A stretch of 64,000 nt of DNA from a candidate division WOR-3 bacterium. GTDB lineage: Bacteria; Hydrothermota; 32-111. Below, piece by piece: positions 28,673 through 38,582 of this stretch; the first letter of the stretch is position 1, and every line of letters starts with the position of its first letter. Where the stretch lies: NCBI GenBank assembly GCA_039804105.1, contig JBDRZU010000001.1:1056001-1120000 (forward strand), written 5' to 3'. Below the pieces are notes generated by a model, which saw only the letters and a program-made list of their open reading frames with translations, searched no databases and was not told the origin of the DNA. The position numbers were made by a program, and so were the translations under genes.

Positions 28673-29385
28673 TCAGGGTGAAATTAATTCTCCATGTTGA
28701 AAAACTTTTAAACCAGTAATTTCGTGCCAAGTTTCATTTTCTGTTAATTTTTCCGTTGCTATAATTATTGCTTTTTCATCTGGAGATTTTATATCTGCCA
28801 AATTAATTTCATATTGAACATCTTTTAATTTTACAAATTCAAAAGGTGCTTTTCTTTGAGTATAGAATAAACGATCGTCACCATAAGCATAAAGTTTTCT
28901 TCCATCTGAAATGAGAAAATTCAATCTTCCATACCTTTTAATTACATCAGATTCTTTTTCTAATATTTTTTCGATTTCTTTTGTATTGCTTTGTATCTTT
29001 TCCATTAAATAACAAAAAATATGTTCTGAGTCAGTTTTTCCTTTTGGTTCTAAAATTTTAAGCGATAGGTTGTTTATATTTACAGTTCCATTATGGGCAA
29101 AGATCCAATTATTTATTTTAAAAGGATGGGTATTATCGTGATTTTGAGCTCCACATGATGCCAATCGAACATGCCCTATGATTATTTTGCTTTTAAAGGT
29201 AAATTCTTTTTTTGTAATATCTTCTTTTTCTAAAGAATCTGGTTTTTTAAGAATCTCCCACTTACCATTTTCAAAAAAGCAAATCCCCACCCATGGTTAT
29301 TTATTTTACCCCTATATTGAAACTCTTTCAAAGAAAACTGGACATCCACTTCTTTATTAGAACATACACCCAATAATTGACACAT
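28673..29385 (-). pseudogene. Class II glutamine amidotransferase (YafJ/EgtC-like), split by a frameshift in a T-run
   Basis: ATG 29385 gives MCQLLG...NHGWGFAF; the other frame continues FFENGKW...GHVRLAS..NTHPF..FAHNG..GKTDSE; T6 at 29273-29278 where T7 would restore the frame. Confidence 0.85.
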
Positions 29386-29431
29386 TTCCCCTCCTTTTTA
29401 AAATTTTATTTCTTTTTATCAATTAAAATTT

Positions 29432-29460
29432 GGGGACGGTGCTTGACTTTTTGACATTTT
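29432..29460 (+). repeat. RAYT-associated repeat copy E
   Basis: GGGGACGGTGCTTGACTTTTTGACATTTT. Confidence 0.95.
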
Positions 29461-29557
29461 TTTTATAAGTATTTTTAAAATAAATATTTAACATCGTCGA
29501 TCAGGTATTAATAATTTAAAAAAAATAATTTTTTAGATAATAACATAAACATTTTTC

Positions 29558-32263
29558 TTAATACTTTAACTCAAAATTTTTTTCTTTCTTTAAAAATTTA
29601 ACACTTTTATCAAAAATTTCTTCAAAAATCAATTTCAATAAATTTTCGAAATTCTTTAATACTTCATCATCAACAATTAATTTATCATTCCCAACTTCAG
29701 CATCAAAAAATCTTTTCGGTTTTCTTAAAGAATAAATCCTTAAACCAAATTTTTCCCATTCTCTGTTTTTTCCTCTTTCCTTGTTAATAATATATGCATA
29801 AAAAAGAAGTTGAAAAAGTTTTGAATACTTTTCTGGATTTCCTTTTAATTTTTCAAAATTTTCTAAACTCTTTTCTCCAGCAAAATCAAAATCTTCGTTT
29901 TTTAATTTCATTTCGTTATCTTGTATACTCCCTGTCTTATAATCACAAATTCTAAGATTTCCATTTTCTTTTTCTATTCTATCAATAGTGCCTTTTAGTT
30001 TTAAATCAAAACCTGAAAATTTTTCTGTAATTTCAATTTCTTTTTCTACTTCACATATTTCAAGGCCATTTTTAACCCTCTCTAAATCATATCTCAAAAA
30101 ATCTTTTACCATCTTTTTTATCATCTCTTTCATAAGAAGTGGCTTTCCAAATGAAGAGTCATTAATTTTGTTGTTTTTAAAGTCATTTTCAATTATTTTA
30201 TCATATTTAATGTTTTCCAAAATTTTTTCAATATCTTTTTCTTTAAACATTTCTTTCTTTAATTGTAAATTTGAATATAATTCTTTCAGTATACTATGTG
30301 CTGCTGTTCCAATAATATCTGCTCCAACTTCACCCGGTTCATTTTCCTCTTTGACTCCCAAAACAAAGTTATAATAGAAATCAATAGGATTTCTCAAATA
30401 CGTTATAAGTGCGGTTGGAGAAAATTTTTTTTCTTTTAAAATCTCTATTATACTATCATTCTTTTCTATCTCTTCTAAACACACTTTATTTTCAACATAA
30501 TAATCAATATACGAAAAATTGATTTTAATATTTTCAAATATTCCACCTTTTCTATTTTCATAAAGAATTTGCTCTATAAATCTGCTTCTTTCTTTAAAAT
30601 CGACATCTCCTCCTGTTGAATAGGAAATATAAAATTTTTTACTTTTAAAAAGCAAAGAATAAAAATAGTATGAAAACAAAATATCGTTTTCCCTATATGT
30701 AGGAAGTCCCCATATAACTCTTAAATCGTAAGGAATAAATGTTTTTTCATCTTTTCCTTTTGGGATTATACCTTCATTTACAGAAAGAATTATCGTTTTT
30801 TCAAAATCAAGACATCTCGTTTCAAGAACACCCATAATTTGAAAATCCTGTAAAGGATCTCCAGAATATGGAACTTTTTCATTTTTTATCATTCTTCTTA
30901 TCAGAGTTTCAAGAGTTTCAAGATTTTCAATATTCCCAAATTCAATATCTTTATACTTTTCAACAAAAGATATCATTCTGTTTAAAATCTGAACCATTCT
31001 AACACTATTTGCTTCTTCGATGACTCTATTTTCACTTTCTTCTCTGTGTCCAACCATAAGAACTATATTTAAAATCTTTTTTAAAATTTCTAATGGAGAA
31101 AGAAACTTATTATTTGAATACCATTCAAAAATATTCTGTAAAAATTCATCATCAAACTTTTCATCTAAACCTATAAAAGTGATTCCCTTATCAATTTTCT
31201 CTTCTAAAGATTTCAAAAACTTTTTATGTTTATAGTTTTGTTTTATATATGTTGATTCGATAACATTTAAAACATCTTTATAGTAAAAACCTTTTTCATT
31301 TTTTTCACAATGCATTTTTAAAATATCGAGCACAAACCTTGCGATAGGTGTTTGTTCAAAGGGAAACCCCATCGTGATATTGATTTTATTTATGTATGAT
31401 GGAATCCCTGAAATAACAGGGAAAAGTAATGTTTCATCTGGAAGAACAACTGTTGCATTAGTTTGTTTATCATTAAGAACACTTTCGAAAAGATGTATTT
31501 GAGAAACAGATGAAGAAGACGAATATATAGATATTTCCTCGTTTAAATAAGTATCTATAATAATACCATTTTTTTCCCATTTGTTTAGATATTCTTTAAT
31601 AAATTTTACGGATTCAAAGTCTTTCTCAATTAATTTTTGTTGAGTATCAAAAACAATTTTTACATTACAATTTTTTATCAGATTATCAATGATCTTTTGT
31701 TCTGATGGAGTAAAAATACCAAAGCCCGCTATGATTACATTTTTATATTTTTTAAAATCTTTTGACTTTTCACTTGCCTTTCGATAAATCCTACCTCTAT
31801 ATCCACTATTTTTCTTATCAAGTTCTTCGTTAATTAAAGAATAAACCTTTTCAAAAACATTCATAAAATCGAGATACTTTTTCCCAGAATTCTCATATTG
31901 ATTTAAAATTTCAATATTCTCTATTTTCTTTTTGTCTAACAGATAAAGATCTATATCATTAAAATCATTCAAAAAAATATCAAAAATTTTAACAAAATCT
32001 TTGAAATCAACTTCTTTACACATATTTTTATAAATTCTATAACTTAAACCCAATAGTTCTAAATTATCTTCTATTCTTAACCCTGAAACCTCTTGAACAA
32101 AATCTTCCATAGTTTTTAAATCTGGAAGCATTGTATCTATTTTTTTCTTTTTAAATTCTTCTTTCAAATAAAGAATACTCCTTTTTGAAGGAAGAATAAC
32201 CAGTAAATCTTCATTCTCCTTTACTATTAGGTCAACCAATTTTTCAAGAAACCTCATATTCAA
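29558..32263 (-). CDS. AddB-like PD-(D/E)XK nuclease / inactive helicase subunit
   Basis: ILPSKRS, MGVLETRCLDF, FSPTALITYLRNP, GTIDRIE, CDYKTG, FQLLFYA. Confidence 0.85.
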   Translation of the reverse strand: MNMRFLEKLVDLIVKENEDLLVILPSKRSILYLKEEFKKKKIDTMLPDLKTMEDFVQEVSGLRIEDNLELLGLSYRIYKNMCKEVDFKDFVKIFDIFLNDFNDIDLYLLDKKKIENIEILNQYENSGKKYLDFMNVFEKVYSLINEELDKKNSGYRGRIYRKASEKSKDFKKYKNVIIAGFGIFTPSEQKIIDNLIKNCNVKIVFDTQQKLIEKDFESVKFIKEYLNKWEKNGIIIDTYLNEEISIYSSSSSVSQIHLFESVLNDKQTNATVVLPDETLLFPVISGIPSYINKINITMGFPFEQTPIARFVLDILKMHCEKNEKGFYYKDVLNVIESTYIKQNYKHKKFLKSLEEKIDKGITFIGLDEKFDDEFLQNIFEWYSNNKFLSPLEILKKILNIVLMVGHREESENRVIEEANSVRMVQILNRMISFVEKYKDIEFGNIENLETLETLIRRMIKNEKVPYSGDPLQDFQIMGVLETRCLDFEKTIILSVNEGIIPKGKDEKTFIPYDLRVIWGLPTYRENDILFSYYFYSLLFKSKKFYISYSTGGDVDFKERSRFIEQILYENRKGGIFENIKINFSYIDYYVENKVCLEEIEKNDSIIEILKEKKFSPTALITYLRNPIDFYYNFVLGVKEENEPGEVGADIIGTAAHSILKELYSNLQLKKEMFKEKDIEKILENIKYDKIIENDFKNNKINDSSFGKPLLMKEMIKKMVKDFLRYDLERVKNGLEICEVEKEIEITEKFSGFDLKLKGTIDRIEKENGNLRICDYKTGSIQDNEMKLKNEDFDFAGEKSLENFEKLKGNPEKYSKLFQLLFYAYIINKERGKNREWEKFGLRIYSLRKPKRFFDAEVGNDKLIVDDEVLKNFENLLKLIFEEIFDKSVKFLKKEKNFELKY

Positions 32264-35200
32264 CCTCTATCGTTTTCATAGAATCAACATAAACCAGAAA
32301 ACCTTTTATTTCAAAATTTTTATTTTTAAAGAATCTCATATACTCCTTTATCTGTTCAACATGACTTTTTTGTTCTAACCCTGTTTTATAATCAACAATA
32401 TAACAATTGTTTCCGTCAAAAACTATTCTATCAGGCCTTAAAATTTTTCCTTCAAAACATATATCTTTTTCATTAAAAACCTTCAACTCCTGTTTAAAGA
32501 ATTTTGATAGAACACTATCTTTAATTATATTCTTTAAAAGATTTTCATATGTCTTTTTTTCATTTATGCTGAAAAAACCTTCAACTAAGCCAAAATTTAA
32601 AGCTTTTTCTATATCATTTTCAGTATAGATTAAAGAAAGCAACTTATGTAAAACGTCTCCTCTTTTGATCTTTTCATTCTCTTTCTCAATATTTAAGATT
32701 CTTTTTAAAGACCTATCAAGAAACAGATGCTGTTCGTGAGAGCAAAGGTTTAATTTTGATATTATTTCGATTTTTTGTTTGTCTTCATTTTGATTATTTC
32801 TTGTGTCATTCAAGCAAGAAAATTTTTTTCCAAATTTTACTTGACTTTCAGAATATTTGTAGTTAATAAATTCTTCTTCAAAACATTTTTTGTTAATAAG
32901 TTCTATTATTGTTGGTATTTGATCTTCATCTTTTTTATTTTTAGAATCTTTTTTCTTTTCAGTAAAAACATAAAGTTCCTTTTTCGCTCGTGTAAATGCA
33001 ACATATAAAAGATTCAGATCATCATAAAAAATGTTTTTTAATTCTTGTTCTTTTGTCTTTTTCAGAGGATTTTCTTTATCTAAATATCCCTCTTTAACAT
33101 CACCATAACTAAATGATATTTTTTCTCCATTAATGCTTTCAATCAGAAAACTATTAGAAATTTTCCTTCTTCCATTCCATGTTGCAAAAGGAACTATAAC
33201 AACATCATACTCAAGCCCCTTTGATTTATGTATCGTTGAAATAGTTATTGCATCTTGTTCTGAAGGTGATGATATTTTCAAATCATCTTTGTTTTCATCA
33301 TAATACTCTAAAAAATCTATAACACTTCCCTCTTTTCCAAATTTGCATGACTCATCAAGAAGTTTCACGATGTAAGAAACTGATCCTGTATAATCATTAC
33401 AATTTGGATTTATTATGTGTTCTATTATTTTTGATACAATTTCATATGGAGTTGAAAAATTTACACTCTTTTTTATCTTTTCATAATAATTTTCTAAAAT
33501 GTTTTCACCCCAGAGAATTCTTAAAACTTCAGAACAATTTAACTTTTTGTTGTTATCTTTTATCTGACCTAAAAAAATCTTTTCCGCTTCTTTAAATTTT
33601 GAATCTTTTACATCCATATCCTTCCATGAATATAAAAGATTCGCAAAATCTTCAAGAGTGTTGAACATTGAAAATTTTAATAGAGAAATAATAAATACAA
33701 CATAAGGATTATTTTCAATAAAAAGTGTATCAGCGGAAACAATTTTTATTCTTTGATTTTCGATTTCAAGACCAGTCAAAACCTCAGCAATTTTACTTCC
33801 TTCTGCACTTGTTCTTACAAGTATTGAAATTGATAATTGTTTAAATCCTCTTTTCAGACAATCTGTAATAATTTCAACCAGTTTCCTATTTTCTAAAATT
33901 TCTTTTTTTAAATCTTTTTCAATAATATTTATTTCAACATATCCACAGCAATTTTGACTTTTTGATCCTTGAACTACATTTTCTTCCTTATATATTCGAT
34001 CATCTTTAAATATATCTTGATCAATATTTGCAAAAAAACAATTGTTAAATTCAACTATTTCCTTTTCACTTCTCCAGTTTTTTGTTAATTGTATTTTTTC
34101 AACATTTTCATTTTTTTCAAACTCCTTAATAACATCTGTTGAACCACCTCTAAATCTATATATTGCCTGTTTATCATCACCTACAAGAGTACAGTTATAT
34201 CCCTCAGCAATTCCATTTTCTATAAGCGGTTTCAAATTGTTCCACTGAGCAGAAGATGTATCCTGAAATTCATCTATAAGAAATTTTTTGAATTTTTCAC
34301 CAATTTTAAAATATATAAAAGGTATATCATTTTCATCCTTGAAAAGTTCTTTCACTTTCTTGTTCAATTCATCTATAAAAACTATTTCATTTTTTTTTTG
34401 ATATTCTTCGATAAGATTAGTGATTCTTTCATAGATAAGATTTGAGTAAATATTTTTTAAGTAGATTTTGGTTTCAAAATATTTCACAAGATTTTTTCTT
34501 AAAAAAGAATGAAAACTCGAAATTTCCTCTTCAAGTTTTTTGTATTCTTCTGATTTCTTAAAATTTTCTATCTTTGATTTTTGTTCTTTACTTTTATTTA
34601 AAAGATCATCAAAACTGAATTCATTTTTGTAAAAATCATTAAAAGATGTTTTACTTATCAGGTTTATAAAAAGTTCAAAAAAATTTGGACTATTCTCTGA
34701 CTTTGAATTTCTGTCGCTAAAATTTTTTATATAAGCTACCACACTACGACTTTTACCTTTAAAAAGTTCAATATCCAAATTCTTTATCTCTTCTTTATTA
34801 CAATGTTGTACAAAATTCAGTTCAAAATTTTTGATGTTTTGTAAGATGTTTTCTTTATTTTTTCTGTCATACTCATTAACTTCTATAGATTCATCAAAGT
34901 TCTTTTCTCTTTCTCTAATAGATTTTGTTGTATCATAAACTTCTCGTTCAACATTCAAAGATTTTTCCTCATCACTTCTCAGGTAAAGATAATCTAAAAA
35001 TATATCTTTTAATTTTTTTCCTTCATCGTTTTCATCTGAAACTTTTGAAATCAGAACATCAATATATTTTTTGATAACATTTTTCACATTAAAACTTATT
35101 TCATAAGAAGGAGAAATGTTCAAATCCTCTGAAAATACTTTTACCAACCTATTTGTAAATGAATCAATCGTCATAACAGAAAAATCAGAAAAACCATTCC

Positions 35201-35531
35201 CATTTTTAGAGTATAAAATTCTTTCGAGACATTCTTTGCTTTTCTCCTTTATCTCTTCATCTGTAAATTTCAATTTAGTTTTTATTTCTTCTTTCAATTG
35301 TTGTATTGAGTTTCTCCTTTTTTCATTAACAATTTCATCAAACCCTGCAAGTCCTTTTAAAAATTCAAGAATTCTTTCCTTCATCTCAAATGCTGCTTTG
35401 TTGGTAAATGTAATCGCAAGAATATTTTTTATTTCATCTGGATTTTGGAGAATAAATTCAATATACTCCTTCGCTATCGTATATGTCTTCCCTGACCCCG
35501 CTGACGCTTTGATCAATGTATATTTTTTCAT
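32244..35531 (-). CDS. AddA-like UvrD helicase-nuclease
   Basis: ASAGSGKT, AITFTNKAA, IDEFQDTS, VGDDKQAIYRFRG, TIHKSKGLEY, LYVAFTRAK, RPDRI..VDYKTG. Confidence 0.92.
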   Translation of the reverse strand: MKKYTLIKASAGSGKTYTIAKEYIEFILQNPDEIKNILAITFTNKAAFEMKERILEFLKGLAGFDEIVNEKRRNSIQQLKEEIKTKLKFTDEEIKEKSKECLERILYSKNGNGFSDFSVMTIDSFTNRLVKVFSEDLNISPSYEISFNVKNVIKKYIDVLISKVSDENDEGKKLKDIFLDYLYLRSDEEKSLNVEREVYDTTKSIREREKNFDESIEVNEYDRKNKENILQNIKNFELNFVQHCNKEEIKNLDIELFKGKSRSVVAYIKNFSDRNSKSENSPNFFELFINLISKTSFNDFYKNEFSFDDLLNKSKEQKSKIENFKKSEEYKKLEEEISSFHSFLRKNLVKYFETKIYLKNIYSNLIYERITNLIEEYQKKNEIVFIDELNKKVKELFKDENDIPFIYFKIGEKFKKFLIDEFQDTSSAQWNNLKPLIENGIAEGYNCTLVGDDKQAIYRFRGGSTDVIKEFEKNENVEKIQLTKNWRSEKEIVEFNNCFFANIDQDIFKDDRIYKEENVVQGSKSQNCCGYVEINIIEKDLKKEILENRKLVEIITDCLKRGFKQLSISILVRTSAEGSKIAEVLTGLEIENQRIKIVSADTLFIENNPYVVFIISLLKFSMFNTLEDFANLLYSWKDMDVKDSKFKEAEKIFLGQIKDNNKKLNCSEVLRILWGENILENYYEKIKKSVNFSTPYEIVSKIIEHIINPNCNDYTGSVSYIVKLLDESCKFGKEGSVIDFLEYYDENKDDLKISSPSEQDAITISTIHKSKGLEYDVVIVPFATWNGRRKISNSFLIESINGEKISFSYGDVKEGYLDKENPLKKTKEQELKNIFYDDLNLLYVAFTRAKKELYVFTEKKKDSKNKKDEDQIPTIIELINKKCFEEEFINYKYSESQVKFGKKFSCLNDTRNNQNEDKQKIEIISKLNLCSHEQHLFLDRSLKRILNIEKENEKIKRGDVLHKLLSLIYTENDIEKALNFGLVEGFFSINEKKTYENLLKNIIKDSVLSKFFKQELKVFNEKDICFEGKILRPDRIVFDGNNCYIVDYKTGLEQKSHVEQIKEYMRFFKNKNFEIKGFLVYVDSMKTIEVEYEVS

Positions 35532-35537
35532 AGTTTT

Positions 35538-35565
35538 ATTATAGAAGCAAATCTCATTTTTTCAA
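35538..35565 (-). promoter_or_regulatory. Leaderless promoter of addA
   Basis: TTGAAA-N16-TATAAT-N6-ATG. Confidence 0.65.
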
Positions 35566-35682
35566 TTGATTAATGGTAAATTTTAGCGATAAGATTCAAA
35601 AATCAATTTTCTGGATACCAAAATGGTACATAAAAAAACTTAACCCTTTTGAAGACATCGAAGCACTAGCAACATTCGACAC

Positions 35683-37525
35683 ATTTCCATACCAAAAATG
35701 GTGCGATTAAGACGATACATATGGGAAGAAGGAGGGGCATTCAGCGACAACGGATTTGGTTTCCATACCAAAAATGGTGCGATTAAGACTTGAGTCGGTT
35801 GCAACACTTTACAAATCAATGAAAAGTTGTTTCCATACCAAAAATGGTGCGATTAAGACGAAAGGCATATGATATAACAGCATTTAGAGCTGGATCATAT
35901 GCGTTTCCATACCAAAAATGGTGCGATTAAGACAAAGGCAGAAGCAGAGGTTGAAAAAAGATACAGCTTCTCGGGGTTTCCATACCAAAAATGGTGCGAT
36001 TAAGACTTAAGACGGAAGATGGGAAGATAGGAAGATAGGAGAAAAACAGTTTCCATACCAAAAATGGTGCGATTAAGACACAATTCAACTTTGGTGAGTA
36101 AAGAGTATCGGTAAAACTGTTTCCATACCAAAAATGGTGCGATTAAGACAAAGAAACAAAAGAAAAAAATAATTCTTAAAAGGAGAAAAGTTTCCATACC
36201 AAAAATGGTGCGATTAAGACGTTGAAGTAAGATCGAATTACAGCAATTTAAAAAAATTGTTGTTTCCATACCAAAAATGGTGCGATTAAGACTAGAAAAG
36301 AGAAAAGAGAGGCTATCGTTTTATATGTAAAGCGTTTCCATACCAAAAATGGTGCGATTAAGACAGAAGAAGACACTCAAAATAATCAACCCCAAAATAC
36401 GGGTGGTTTCCATACCAAAAATGGTGCGATTAAGACCATATTGCAAAATATAAGACCAGATTATTTTACTCATTACGAAGTTTCCATACCAAAAATGGTG
36501 CGATTAAGACGATATAGTTATGTATATGTTATTCCATATTTAGAAAAAACGTTTCCATACCAAAAATGGTGCGATTAAGACTTTATAAGAGTTATTACAT
36601 CAGAGTCATCATTGCTTTTATTATGTTTCCATACCAAAAATGGTGCGATTAAGACAGATATGATTTTGAGATTATTGACGAGAACTTAATCCGTTTCCAT
36701 ACCAAAAATGGTGCGATTAAGACTAAAAACATAGGGGATAAAGTTTTAGAATGGAATGATAGGTGTTTCCATACCAAAAATGGTGCGATTAAGACTTTCT
36801 TTTATCTCATTGCTTGGTTCTGTATTTTTAGGTCCAGTTTCCATACCAAAAATGGTGCGATTAAGACGGAAAATATAATGTTGAGGAATTGATTGAACTA
36901 AAAAAAGCGTTTCCATACCAAAAATGGTGCGATTAAGACTCTCAAATTAGATGATGCAGAAATAAAGAAATTTAAAGAGTTTCCATACCAAAAATGGTGC
37001 GATTAAGACTAGGGAGATGGGAAGAGATAAAAACAACAAAAGGAGGTTATAAGTTTCCATACCAAAAATGGTGCGATTAAGACTTAAAAAAAATTTTTCG
37101 AGAGGAATTAAAAAGAACTAATAGTTTCCATACCAAAAATGGTGCGATTAAGACAAGGTCTACCGCCAAGAGGTGTGGGATGGAAACATTACAATAGGTT
37201 TCCATACCAAAAATGGTGCGATTAAGACAAGGAGGTAAGATGTTAACAAAACTAGAATTATTATTCATAAAGTTTCCATACCAAAAATGGTGCGATTAAG
37301 ACTCGGCATTAGAGATGTTAGAAAGAGTAATCAGTCTCTTCGGAAAGTTTCCATACCAAAAATGGTGCGATTAAGACGAAAAATATTATGGATTTCAATA
37401 GTGAATACATTCCTTATTTTAAGTTTCCATACCAAAAATGGTGCGATTAAGACGATAATGCCAAAGGTGCATATCTATGTGGTATTAATCCAAAGTTTCC
37501 ATACCAAAAATGGTGCGATTAAGAC
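35683..37525 (-). CRISPR. CRISPR array: 26 repeats of 31 bp and 25 spacers of 37-45 bp, plus a degenerate trailer repeat at ~35607-35639
   Basis: Plus strand GTTTCCATACCAAAAATGGTGCGATTAAGAC; transcribed form GTCTTAATCGCACCATTTTTGGTATGGAAAC; degenerate repeats on the left, AT-rich leader on the right. Confidence 0.98.
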
Positions 37526-37630
37526 AGGATCATAAATTTAATTTTATTATATACTTATTTTAAAATTTGTCAAGATTTTTCTGTCGATCGGTGGTCGTGC
37601 AAAAAACCCGGGGGATCGACAGAAAAAACA
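37526..37630 (-). promoter_or_regulatory. CRISPR leader with promoter and inverted repeat
   Basis: TTGACA(37573-68)-N16-TATAAT(37551-46); 14-bp inverted arms TTTTTCTGTCGATC / GATCGACAGAAAAA at 37576-37627. Confidence 0.8.
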
Positions 37631-37766
37631 TCTCCTTTTATTTTAATTTAAAATTAACAATAATAATGTAATAGATTTATTATGATTATACAGACAAGTT
37701 TAAAAAATTTTTAAAATCGTTTCTTAATCATTGACAAAGATTTTATATTGAGTAATATTAATTTTT

Positions 37767-38582
37767 ATGAATGTTCAAAAATTGAAAGAAATTTCAAAAA
37801 AAGCACGAATCGATATTTTAAAAATGGTTTACAATGCTTCTTCTGGACATATTGGAGGAGCATTTTCAGCAATCGACATAATGGTTTATCTATATTTTCA
37901 TAAAATGAATTATTCGTTAGAAAATTATCAAGATAATACAAGAGATAGGTTCATTCTATCAAAAGGACATGCTTCTGCTGCACTTTATACGTGTCTTGCA
38001 TATAAAGGTATCATCCCTGAAAGTGATTTGATGACTTTTCGAAAGATAAACTCTTCTCTTCAAGGACATCCTTCAAAAAAACTCACAAAGGGAGTCGAAA
38101 CATCAACAGGTTCTTTGGGGCAAGGACTTTCTTTTGCAAACGGAGTTGCAATCGGCCTAAAATTAAAAAAAATAAACTCAAAAGTTTATGTTATGATCGG
38201 AGATGGAGAGATAAATGAAGGACAGATCTGGGAAGCGTTGATGACTTCAATTAGATACAAACTTGATAATTTAAGAATCATTCTTGATTACAACCATTTA
38301 CAGATCGATGGTTTCATCGAGGATATAAAAGATCCAAAACCAACAAAAGAAAAATTTGATTCGTTTGGGTTTGAAACTTTTGTTATGGATGGACACAATT
38401 TTCAAGAGATTGATAACACATTTACAAAAGCCGATCAAGTAAAAAATAAACCAGTTTTCATAATTGCAAATACAATAAAAGGAAAAGGTGTTTCTTTCAT
38501 GGAAAACAATGTTGACTTTCACGGAAATCCTCCAACAAAAGAACAATATGAGAAAGCATTAGCGGAGCTTTTAAATGTTTGA
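37767..38582 (+). CDS. Transketolase N-terminal subunit
   Basis: SGHIGGAFS, DRFILSKGHA, GSLGQG, GDGEINEG. Confidence 0.95.
   Translation: MNVQKLKEISKKARIDILKMVYNASSGHIGGAFSAIDIMVYLYFHKMNYSLENYQDNTRDRFILSKGHASAALYTCLAYKGIIPESDLMTFRKINSSLQGHPSKKLTKGVETSTGSLGQGLSFANGVAIGLKLKKINSKVYVMIGDGEINEGQIWEALMTSIRYKLDNLRIILDYNHLQIDGFIEDIKDPKPTKEKFDSFGFETFVMDGHNFQEIDNTFTKADQVKNKPVFIIANTIKGKGVSFMENNVDFHGNPPTKEQYEKALAELLNV

Noticed and set aside
29558..32263. PD-(D/E)XK nuclease near the CRISPR array as a possible Cas4 or novel effector
   Set aside because: Length, motifs and pairing with a UvrD helicase-nuclease fit AddAB, and no Cas4 Fe-S cysteine set is visible
35683..37525. Self-targeting spacers within the window
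   Set aside because: None noticed by eye; not exhaustively testable without alignment
36000..37535. ORFs 36000-36269, 37077-37268 and 37287-37535
   Set aside because: They are translations of CRISPR repeats and spacers
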